From Octopus vulgaris (taxonomy: Eukaryota): 64,000 nt of DNA. Every line of letters starts with the position of its first letter. The first letter of the stretch is position 1. Both the position numbers and the translations under genes were made by a program. Under the pieces are notes generated by a model that worked only from the letters and a program-made list of their open reading frames with translations, made no database searches and had not been told where the DNA came from. Below, in pieces: positions 53,794-64,000 of this stretch. Location: contig OX597817.1 of NCBI GenBank assembly GCA_951406725.2, positions 34,658,001 to 34,722,000 of the forward strand. Reading direction: 5' to 3'.

Positions 53794-53975
53794 GTAACCA
53801 ACAGACACGCATGTACGTTGAATCCGCCACTGGTTTGAAAGCATGCTGCTTATAAACACGTTGATGAATTTATTTCCACTTGAATAATGGACCACCACAT
53901 ATTCTATGATTTGCATGTGTTTATATCTATGTGTATGCTTGTAGCCATCTATGTATATATATGTAAGTGCGTGCA

Positions 53976-54013
<38 letters not shown>

Positions 54014-54409
54014 TATGTGAGGAGGGTTTATTAAACTACCGTACTAAAGTCTATTCGTCCACCAGCCTATAACACTATTTCATGTAATTATGAACGTACG
54101 AATGCACATACATACGCGCGCGTGAATGTATGTGTGCAAGTATGCATGTTATTGCATGTATGTATACATATACATTATTTACGTATGTAAACATATACAC
54201 GTTTCTGTGTTTATGTGTGTGTGTATGTACATCATGTAGGCTACTCTTCGGGATTGTTCAGCATATTTTCACAATTCCATTAATAGTTTGTAATTGTAAC
54301 TATTTTTTCAATTAGCAATGTTCCTCTGGTTATTTGAAGCAAAGTCTCAAATTTGGTACAGAAGAACAATTAATTACAAAAGAGCATCAACATGTAGGGA
54401 TCTAATTTG

Positions 54410-54532
54410 ACAAGCAACAAGCAGGTAGATTTGGTTTCAAATCTCAGGCAGGTTCAAACTAGATCCGTAGTGTAGGGATCTAGTTTGGCCCTGCCTGAGA
54501 TTTCAAACCAAATCTACCTGCTTGTTGCTTGT
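54410..54532. repeat. 57-bp near-perfect inverted repeat with 9-nt loop
   Basis: Arms 54410-54466 and 54476-54532: 54 Watson-Crick pairs, one G-U and two mismatches. Confidence 0.9.
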
Positions 54533-55451
54533 TAAAACGAGAGAGAAATCCTCTCCACACCAGATGATTGATGAGGAAACACTCGATCCCCTAGGACCTG
54601 TGCTGGTCAAGGAAAGGTCAGTCCTTTGTTTAGGGTTTGACCTACATTACTGACCATAGTCTATCTCTTCCTCTTTTGTGTCAGTCAGACCAAGGAGCAA
54701 CACGTTCTTTTGTATCAGCCATGACCAAGACCATCACTTTCCTCGGCCGCAAGAAAGACGATGTCACCTCTATCCTTTCTAATCAGCACCGTGCATTCCT
54801 CACTCTTTCACTCTCGACAGGCCGACAACCTTTTTCTACATTATCAAATACTAACCAACTAGCCATTCTTGTCACTATCACTAGAATTGCTACTGTCTCT
54901 TTAACTACCTGTCGGGCAAACGAATAAACATATGTAAATCATATTTCTTCCTTCTTGGTGTTGATTCTTCGATGTTTGCTGGTACTCCGTCGCGAGAACC
55001 TTGAAGCGTTACATCTACACGCTACATTTGCTAGACGGCTACACCATACCAACTCAAAGTATACCATTAGCCGCTAGTAACATTTACAGATATAAATCTA
55101 ATGCTTAAAAATGTAAATAGACCGAAAGTTAAACGGTAGATTGTATGTAAGTCCTCTTTTGTTTTTCATGATTTGAAGACTTTCTATAAGGAAGGAGTTG
55201 CTTTCTAACAAAGATACAAAACTCCGTCGTTGGAATGTGGATAAAAAGAATATTCACATTTTGAACTTCAGTAAAGTCTTACACACTTTCAGTGTTCCGC
55301 TTATGGATTGTATTTGTAATGTATGTATGCGTGTATGCATGTATTTATGAATTCATGTAGACATGCATATATGTATGTATTCATGCATACAAGCATGTAT
55401 GTATATGTAGGTATGCATGTATACGTATATCTATGCATAAGTATATGTATG

Positions 55452-55532
<81 letters not shown>

Positions 55533-55534
<2 letters not shown>

Positions 55535-55795
55535 ACCCCCTTCGGTCATGAATGACCATGGGATTGCACCTAGAAAGTTACCCTCCTAGACACAAGTCCG
55601 GGCAAGGTTTTTTTATGGAAGACCAGCAGTCGCCCATGCATACCAGCCTCCTCTCCACGCCACCAGTGTTATCCAAGGGAAAGACAAAGGTCGATACAGC
55701 CTGGCACCTGTGACGTCGCAACTCATTTCTACAGCTGAGTGAACTGGAGCAACGTGAAATAAAGTGTCTTGCTCAAGAACACAACACGCAGCCCG
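55533..55795 (-). mobile_element. SINE family C, head truncated
   Basis: Collinear with 13766-14000. Confidence 0.85.
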
Positions 55796-55846
<51 letters not shown>

Positions 55847-55865
55847 TCTATAAATATATGCGTGC

Positions 55866-55900
<35 letters not shown>

Positions 55901-56510
55901 TGCATGTTTATATGTATGCATTTATATAAGTATGCATGTATACATGTATGACAGGCTGTTCTAGGTGCAATTCGTAACATGTAACCCACGTTACATGTTA
56001 CATGGCCTTGTCGCCAGCGACTAAACCGATATGCTCACCAGGCTAGCTAAGGGAAGAGGGTTGCAAGACACCCTGCAGAACAGAAGTAAGATGACTGTAG
56101 TTTTCTTACTCATGGAGACACATGGTTAGGGGCTAGCATAGGCTAGAGAAGTCGTGATCTTCATTTTGTCTGAACTATAGGAAACTATAGGATATTGTAC
56201 AAGCTCTCAGCTCTCAGTGAAATGCTTCTTACAGCAGAAACAGCCGTATATTAACTCCTGTTTAAGGGAGTTTTTTTGTTTTGTTTTGTTATTCATTAAT
56301 TAATATTATGCTGTCTACTCTTTTGGCACTTTACTCTAAAGTGTAAGTATATTCGATTTTAACAACTGGCTATAAGTAGGTTTCGCCTTGCCTAAGCGAA
56401 CTCATATATATACATGAATACATGAATGTATGCATGTGTGTGTGTGTGTGTGTGTAGACAGATAAATAGACACATACATAGATACATAGATACACACACA
56501 CACTCACAAA

Positions 56511-56662
56511 TCACGGAGTGGTTGACGTTAGGAAGGGCATCCTGCCGTAGAAACATTGCCAAATCAGACTGGGCCTAGTGCAGCCTTCTGGCTTCCCAGA
56601 CCCCAGTTGAACCGTCCAACCCATGCTAGCATGGAAAGCAGACGCTAAACGACGATGATGAT
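56511..56662 (+). mobile_element. SINE/LINE 3' tail with GAT repeats (RTE-like)
   Basis: GTTAGGAAGGGCATCC...GCATGGAAAGC.GACG.TAAACG, shared with 61855-62003. Confidence 0.75.
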
Positions 56663-56790
56663 AATGAATATGATATATATATATATATAATATAGTCCCA
56701 TTATGTGCCAGTTTGGCTGTGTTACATTGCAAGCAAGCAAGCAAGATTGAAGCTCATTTTCAATGTATTATAGATATATACATACATATA

Positions 56791-57572
56791 CAGGGTGCGA
56801 TGGGTAAATTGTCACCATTTTACATTCTAAATTTCGCGGATACGCATTGTTTGTTTTTGATTTTGTTGACTATACACTTATAGTAAGGCCAGTTGTGCAC
56901 TGTCTGTGGGAAAAACAGCACCATGACGAATTCATTCTACCAGAAATTTGGAAACGACATGCTGTACTGCTTGGCATTCGCGCCGGAAGTTCCAATACTA
57001 ACACGTACCAATATGAACATGTACTGAGAGTGAGGAAAATCAAACATCCAGTCAACATTATGGTATTTGGTGTGATCACTAGTGATGGCGATGTTATACC
57101 TCCATTCATCTTCCTATATGGCCTCAGACTCAACATGGTGGCCTATGTCAAGTGCCTGGAGGAGGTAGTGCTGTGCTTGGTGAAGAGGGTGGCTGCTGAA
57201 AGACCCTATGTCTGGCAACAGGACTCTGTACCATGCCACACGAGCAGGAGAATCACCCCTAACATCCGGCCACCCCAGACTGCAACCCCCTTGATTATAT
57301 TGTGTGGGTTATTGTCGAACGATTGACCAACAAGGCTCCACGTAACACCAAAGAGGAACTGAAGGCAAGGATTATGGCAACGTTCACAAGGAGACAGTCC
57401 AGAAGAAATGCATAAGATTCTGAAGGCCATGATCGAAGCCGATGGTGATTTTATTGAATTAATTTACTCTTCAGTATTTCAAGATATTTTCATGTAATTT
57501 TGGTAAATATAAGTTAAAATGCTATTTTCATTTTTGCTGTAATTTAGACGACAGTTTATTCACTGCACCCTG
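56791..57572 (+). mobile_element. Internally deleted Tc1/mariner (maT/DD37D-like) transposon
   Basis: TA-flanked CAGGGTGC...GCACCCTG TIRs; ORF 56847-57326 contains KHPVNIMVFGVITSDG and YVWQQDSVPCHTS, then a frameshifted PDCNPLDY. Confidence 0.85.
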
Positions 57573-57625
57573 TATATATGTACACACACATATATATGTG
57601 TGTGTGAGTGTGTATGTACATATAT

Positions 57626-58018
57626 ATTCTTTTATTCTTTTATTTGTTTCAGTCATTTGGCTGCGGCCATGCTGGAACACCGCCTTTTAGTCGAACAAAT
57701 TGACCTCAGGATTTATTATTTGTAAGTTTGGCACCGGTTCTGTCGTTCTCTTTTGCCGAACTGCTAAGTTACGGGTACATAAACTCACCAACATCGGTCG
57801 TCAAGCGACGGAGCTGGGTGGGACAAATACAGACAAAGATATACACACATAAATATATACACATATATATACGACAGGCTTCTTTCAGTTTCCGTCTATT
57901 AAATCTACTCACAAGGCTTTGGTCGACCCGAGATTATAGTAGAAGACACTTGCCCAAGGTGAACCCGGAACCATGTGGTTGAGAAGCATGTTTCTTACCA
58001 CACAGCTATGCCACAGCC
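57626..58018 (-). mobile_element. CORE-type SINE family B
   Basis: Collinear with 50305-50765, with a small deletion in the head. Confidence 0.88.
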
Positions 58019-58407
58019 ACATATAGATATACATATATACGTACATATGTGTTTGTATATGTATGCTTATATGTATACATACATCTATGTTATGTATTTA
58101 CATGTATGTGTGTTTGCGTATGTGTATATATATGTATATATATGTATGTGTGTGTATGTATGTATATGTATGTATGTATGTATATATATAGGCCAAGTCA
58201 TCCTATTTTATTTGCTGTAAGGCTGAGAGAGAAAGGGAGGAGGGAGGGAGAGAGAGAGAGAAAGAAATTTGTTTATGATAGCGAAAATGAAGAGAGGGGT
58301 AGGTGCAAATTTTGATTGAGATAAAATATAAACAGAAAGGGAGCTACATGCGCTTAGAGAGATTGAGTGAGATAGAAATAATAAAGCATGTGAGCGAGAA
58401 TAATGAA

Positions 58408-58438
<31 letters not shown>

Positions 58439-58776
58439 TAGATAGATAGACAGAAACAGAGAGAGAGCGCGGGTGAGGGAACGGGAGCGTAAGAGTAAAG
58501 AAGTGAACAGTTGGCTTTTCAAAATAAACAACAGATAATTGGAAGACAAACCAAACAGACGAAGAAATTCACACTCAACACTTCTCTGTCGAAAGAAGAC
58601 GTAGATTATTGCGTGAAGTCCATTGCTTGGTGTAAATAGGTGAGAATTACAGCAAACTGACCGCAAGAAACAAGCAAATAGACGCAAGCTTGGAGCAGGA
58701 GACTTAATAATCATTGAAAGGTGACAGAAATGAACCCAGTCGTTTTTTACTGGTGCTACGTCGGGATACTTATATA

Positions 58777-59644
58777 TGTGGTCTGATCAATAAGTATCCG
58801 GACTGTTGCCATAGTAACGAAGCTAAAGCCACTGCACACAGATTGACCTTGAACGTTGTTGTGCATGTGCACTAAGTTTTAACGTTCTATCTCACTTACG
58901 CTATTTACAGCAGTGTTTGGAAGGAACGTAGGTAGCATGTGATCGTCGCATTGACCATGAATCTGCACCAAAAATTACCAAAAGCTTGGCGATATCTGCT
59001 CAGAGACCTACGCAATGTTGCAGAAAGTGTATGGAGAGGAGTGTATGAGCCGAAAAAATGTCGATAGTGACGAACGATCTGGTAGACCTGCAACCAACAG
59101 AAGTGAAAAAATATCGCACATGTGCATGCAGCTGTGAGGGGAAATCGTCGAATCACCATCCGTGAGTTAGCAGAAGATGTGCAGATTAGTTACGGTTCAG
59201 TTCAGTCAATCATCACTGAAGATTTGGGTATGAAACACGTGTCTGCCAAGTTTGTGCCAAAGCTATTTGCAGATGACAACACACCTGCCCATTCAGTGCA
59301 GATTGTGCAGCGGTTTTTGGTGAGGCACAGCATTCCCCAGGTCCGACAGCCACCGTATTCCCCAGATCTCGCCCCTTGCGACTTTTTCCTCTTTACAAAC
59401 ATCAAATCCCGCCTGAAAGGAAGAAGATTTCAAGGCGTCGAGGAAATCAAAGTGAATACGACGAGGCAGCTGCTGATTACCCCAGAAAAAGATTTGCAGG
59501 AATGCTTCCATCAACGGAACCGGCGCCGGATTAAGTGTGTGGCTTCCGAAGGGGACTACCACGAAGGGGATTAAATGCCAAATCGGTACATGTTGTAGTT
59601 TTGTTTTTATAGCACCAGTCCGGATACTTATTGATCAGACCTCA
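58777..59644 (+). mobile_element. Internally deleted mariner transposon
   Basis: TA-flanked ~29-bp TIRs (GGTCTGATCAATAAGTATCCGGACTG); same family as 8409-9575. Confidence 0.93.
59122..59574 (+). pseudogene. Mariner transposase remnant
   Basis: HTH (RRITIRELAED) and SAKFVPKL are fused directly to DDNTPAHS and YSPDLAPCDF; the region with the first catalytic D is deleted. Confidence 0.9.
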
Positions 59645-60158
59645 TATGTACATATCCCCACTCAATAAGGTTACCATCGTTGGGGTGAAAATACCTTTCA
59701 AATGTTCTACAGCTTTCCCTAAATTGAACTGGTAACGTCAACCTCTCATCACATCAGAGATACCTCATCTCTTCTACGATCATATCTACGTCGGTCATTT
59801 TAGCAGGGGATCAGTTGAAATAATTCTGGTGTAGAAACTCTTGGCAAGTGTGTCGTCATGGAATCATTGGACCCATATATTTTTCACTTAAGTTGTATTA
59901 AAGTGTGTGTATTTGTGTGTATATGTACATATATGTGTGTGTGCGCGTGTGCATGCGTGAGTGGATGCGTGTGTGTGTAGGGGGGCACGTACCTTGCGTG
60001 CGTGCCTACGTGTGTGTGTGTGTATGTGTGAGATTGATAGTCTCTGATCACATCCTATGATCAAAAGCATTCCATTTGTAACCATCCCATCTGTTACCTA
60101 GAGATAATATACGTAGTAATACATTATCTAATGTGTTTTAGTCAAAGACAACACATTA

Positions 60159-60194
<36 letters not shown>

Positions 60195-60343
60195 CAGACA
60201 GAGAAAGAGAGAGGGAAATGAGAAACATGTTCTTCCTCGCCCTCACCCTCTCTTTCCCTCTCTTAGACCAAGAGTAATTGACACCCCTTCTCTCCTTGAC
60301 ATACAAACTGATCAAAACTCACGAATTCTACTGTAATATTTCT

Positions 60344-60766
60344 TATTTCTTTATTGCTCACAAGAGTCTAAGCATAAAGTGGACAAACAAGGACAGACAA
60401 AGGGATTAAGTCAATTACATCGACCCCCAGTGCGTAACTGGTACTTAATTTATCGATCCCGAAAAGATGAAAGGCAAATTCGACCTCGGCGGAATTTGAA
60501 CTGAGAACGTAACGGCAGACGAAATACCTATTTCTATTTCTTTACTACCAACATGGGGCAACATACAGAGGGGACAAACAAGGACAGACAAACGGATTAA
60601 GTCGATTAGATCGACCCCATTGCATAACTGGTACTTATTTAATCGACCCCAAAAGGATGAAATGTAAAGTCGACCTCGGCGGAATTTGAACTCAGAACGC
60701 TGTGGCTGACGAAATACCACAAAGCATTTCGCTCGGCGTGCTAACGTTTCTGCCAGCTCGCCGCCT
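60344..60766 (-). mobile_element. SINE family A, tandem dimer
   Basis: Two central domain/tail units; 17-bp TSD TCTACTGTAATATTTCT (60327-60343 and 60778-60794). Confidence 0.92.
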
Positions 60767-61146
60767 TATCATCTGCGTCTACTGTAATATTTCTGCAGAC
60801 GCAGATGATAACCCCCAGCTTCTTCTGACTTGCATCTTTACTTATTGTTATTCAGTAATTTCATTATTTAACTGTTACTCTCTGGTGAATAATTTTTCGT
60901 GGTCGTTCTGGTAAAAGTATTGTCCAGGAGTATTGGAGCGCTAAAAAAATGTAACTAGTAATGTATACAGCTCAAAAACCAACATTTTCTGTATTATCAA
61001 CATCACTACATGTTGTTTGTGTATGGATAGTTTTCAGAATCCAACTCGATAGCTATAGAACATAAGTCCGAAGGATGATTCTGATCTTGGAATCAATTCT
61101 TTGTTTGACACCAGAACTAATTGATTTAATAGTTATCTTAGTATTT

Positions 61147-61365
61147 AAGGTGGCAAGTTGGCAGAATTGTTAGCATGCTTGACAAAATGCTTAACGGCAT
61201 TTCGTCCTTCTTAACGCTTTGAGTTCAAATTCCACCTAGGTTGACTTTACCTCTCATCCTTTCGGCATCGATAAAATACATACCAGTTGAGCACTTGAGT
61301 TAATGTAATCGGCTTACCCCTCCCCTAAAATTTCTGGTTTTGTCCCAAAATTTGAAACCAATAAT
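61147..61365 (+). mobile_element. SINE family A (decayed)
   Basis: Head, central domain and AAAATTTGAAACCA tail. Confidence 0.8.
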
Positions 61366-61544
61366 TATCTTACTATTAGCGGTGGTGCCCCAGCATGGCC
61401 GCGGCCTTCGGGCTAAAACATTTTAAAGGATTTTTTAAGGATTTAAGAGATCCAACGGAGAACTCGTCCGATTCACAGGTCCATTTGTTAGATTTAATCA
61501 ATAAGCTAATAATAAATATATAAATCGAAATCGAAATCAAATCC

Positions 61545-62003
61545 GATGACGGGCATCCGTGCTAGTGGAGCGCTAAGAGTACCATCGAGCGTGATCGTTG
61601 CCAGAGCAACAAACTGGCCCTCCCGTGCCGGTGGCACGTAAAAAGCACCATTCGAGCGTGATCGTTACCTGTGTCGCCTTACTGGCACTTGTGCTGGTGG
61701 CACCTGAAAAAACATTTGAGCGAGGTCGTTGCCAGTGCCGCTGGACTGGCTCCTTTGCAGGTGGCACATAAAAAGCACCATTTGAGCGTGGCCGTTGCCA
61801 GTACTGCCTGGCTGGCCCTCGTGCCGGTGGCACGTAAAAGCACTCAGTACACTCTCGGAGTGGTTGGCGTTAGGAAGGGCATCCATCTGTAGAAACTCTG
61901 CCAGATCAGATTCGAGTCTGGTGCAGCCATCTTGTTCGCCAGACCTCAGTCAAATCGTCCAACCCTAGCATGGAAAGCGGACGTTAAACGATGGTGATGA
62001 TGA
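61545..62003 (+). mobile_element. Retroposon with four ~65-bp internal repeats and RTE-like tail
   Basis: Units start at 61581, 61647, 61711 and 61777; tail shared with 56511-56662. Confidence 0.75.
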
Positions 62004-62440
62004 TATACTCTACATAACCGTGCACTGAATCTTTATTTGAACTATGGCATTCCCAGGTCTATACTGGGCATATTCTAAATGCCAAATGATTATTAACTAT
62101 ATCACAGAGCATGAAATCACATTTAAGTTACATAATCTAACGAAAATGTTATGCGCGCGAGTGTTTTCTTCCAAGAGGTCAGCTCTCATTGTAGTTTCAG
62201 AAATGATTTGCCGTCGTCCACGTAACTGAAGTCTCTGACGTTATATCTCTCATCATGGTTATGAATAAGAGTAGTCTATGAACTGTAATTTGTAGATCCC
62301 ACTAGTTACAAAAGATTTCGTTCATAGTATATCGTTAGTTGCAAATGTTTGATGCCTATTTCATGTTCAGAGTCAAAACTCTAATTACTTTTAATACAGT
62401 TCTTTATTTAAGAGGTGAGGAAGTATGTATTTTATTTACA

Positions 62441-62592
62441 TTATTTAGATTTGACGGATATTTGTCCTCATCTTGTTTGTTGTTAACACAACGTTTCGGC
62501 TGATATACCGTTCAGCCTTCATCAGGTGTATTGGGGAAATTTCGAACCTAGGTTCTCATTCCTAAGGTATTTTTCGATGTTGTTGTTGTTGC

Positions 62593-62663
<71 letters not shown>

Positions 62664-62673
62664 TCATTGCCTG

Positions 62674-62706
<33 letters not shown>

Positions 62707-62836
62707 ACAACATCGAAAAATACCTTAGGAATGAGAACCCAGGTTTGAAATTTCCCCAAGGCTGGGGGGTATATCAGCCGAAACGTTGTGTTAACAACAA
62801 ACAAGATGAGGACAAATATGCGTCAAATGTAAATAA
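62441..62836. mobile_element. Inverted pair of Penelope-like/retrozyme-type units around (TTA)n/(TAA)n
   Basis: Arms 62441-62583 and 62708-62836 are reverse complements. Confidence 0.8.
62486..62529 (-). ncRNA. Minimal type I hammerhead ribozyme (intact core)
   Basis: Minus strand ACAC-CTGATGA-A-GGCTG-aacggtatat-CAGCC-GAAA-CG-T-T-GTGT. Confidence 0.75.
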
Positions 62837-62865
62837 CCTAATTACTATTATTTATATGTGTGTGA

Positions 62866-63252
62866 AGGCGGCGAGCCGGCAGAGTCGTTAGCGAGTCGGA
62901 CAGAATGCTTAGCGGTGTTTCGTCTGTTGCTACGTTCTGAATTAAATTCCGCCGAGGCCGACTTTGCCTTTCATCCTTTCGGGGTCGATTAAATAAGTAC
63001 CAGTTACGCACTGGGGTCGATATAATCGACTTAATCCGTTTGTCTGTCTTTGTTTGTCCTCTCTGTGTTTAGCCCCTTGTGGGTAGTAAAGAAATAGGTA
63101 TTTCGTTTGTTGCTACGTTCTAAATTCGATTCCGCCGAGGTCGACTTTGCCTTTCATGGTTTCGGGGCCGATAAATTAAGTACTAGTGAAACACTGGGGG
63201 TCGATGTATTCGACTAGTCCCCTGGCCTTGTATCTTCAGTAAAAAGGAATAT
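62866..63252 (+). mobile_element. SINE family A, dimeric form
   Basis: Same AAGAAATAGGTATTTCG junction as 33718-34110. Confidence 0.9.
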
Positions 63253-63452
63253 TTATAAGTGTGTGTGTGTGTGTGTATGCATGTATGTATGTATGTATGT
63301 ATGTATGTATGTATGTATGTATGTATGTATGTATGTATGTATGTATGTATGTATTTATGTATGTATGAATGTATATACGTATATATGTATGTATATATAT
63401 AAATATATAGAGTGAGAGAGACTCATATATTCACACACACTCATAAACTGTA

Positions 63453-63498
<46 letters not shown>

Positions 63499-64000
63499 TG
63501 TAATTGGTTGTGTACATATAGGAATTTATGTATGGAGTATTTTTATATTACAGACGACCCAGTTGTATGTTTCAGAACCTTAATATCACGACTGTCAGCT
63601 ATTCAGGGAATATGAGTGATTCGTGACGGGTATAATGTCATAAACACATCCATAGGTGTCAATAGCTCAAACTTTAGATCTGACATTCACCTTAACCTTA
63701 ACACAAACTTCGCCTGAAGCAATTCTAGATTTGCTCTCTGTTTCAGTAATATATTCATAATAAAAACACAGAAATTTCTTAGTATGGTAGAAGATGCAAT
63801 TTCTCCTCCATATGGCCGTGTGTAATATAATCTGTAGTAGCGCATCGGTTGAAGGGTTAGGGTAGGATTTCTGGCAATGGGAAGGAAATAATTTATTGAC
63901 TATTTATTTTCTGTTGTGTCGACCATATTGGTTTGAGTAGTTACTACTTCAGTTGCCCGTATGTAAGTTCGAGGTCCGTGACACCTACAAAATTATGTGT

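Noticed and set aside
61581-61843. CRISPR-like repeat/spacer appearance
   Set aside because: Eukaryotic context, variable parts only about 10 nt, degenerate repeats, no cas genes, and contiguous with a retroposon tail.

Overview
Eukaryotic, AT-rich, microsatellite-saturated non-coding DNA. The repeat repertoire (tRNA-derived SINEs with CORE-like and GTCGACTTTGCCTTTCATCCTTTCGGGGTCGAT central domains, very long TA/TATG/TATC tracts) resembles an octopus/coleoid genome; this is my recognition, not a database result. I find no intact host protein-coding gene, and almost all supplied ORFs are microsatellite translations. Supportable content: more than 20 SINE copies from several families (several with TSDs); decayed mariner, maT-like and Buster-type hAT transposons and MITEs; a non-autonomous Helitron; RTE and R4/Dong-like LINE fragments; two LTR remnants; and a possible promoter/non-coding first exon near 39.4-41.6 kb. 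The most interesting signal is at least five unrelated short (about 140-250 bp) elements, mostly embedded in (TA)n/(TTA)n tracts. Each carries a minimal type I hammerhead-ribozyme fold of the Penelope-like/retrozyme kind. They include two intact cores and three non-canonical cores (a C3:G8 to G3:C8 swap, A6U and A6G). All coordinates were read by eye and may be off by a few bases.
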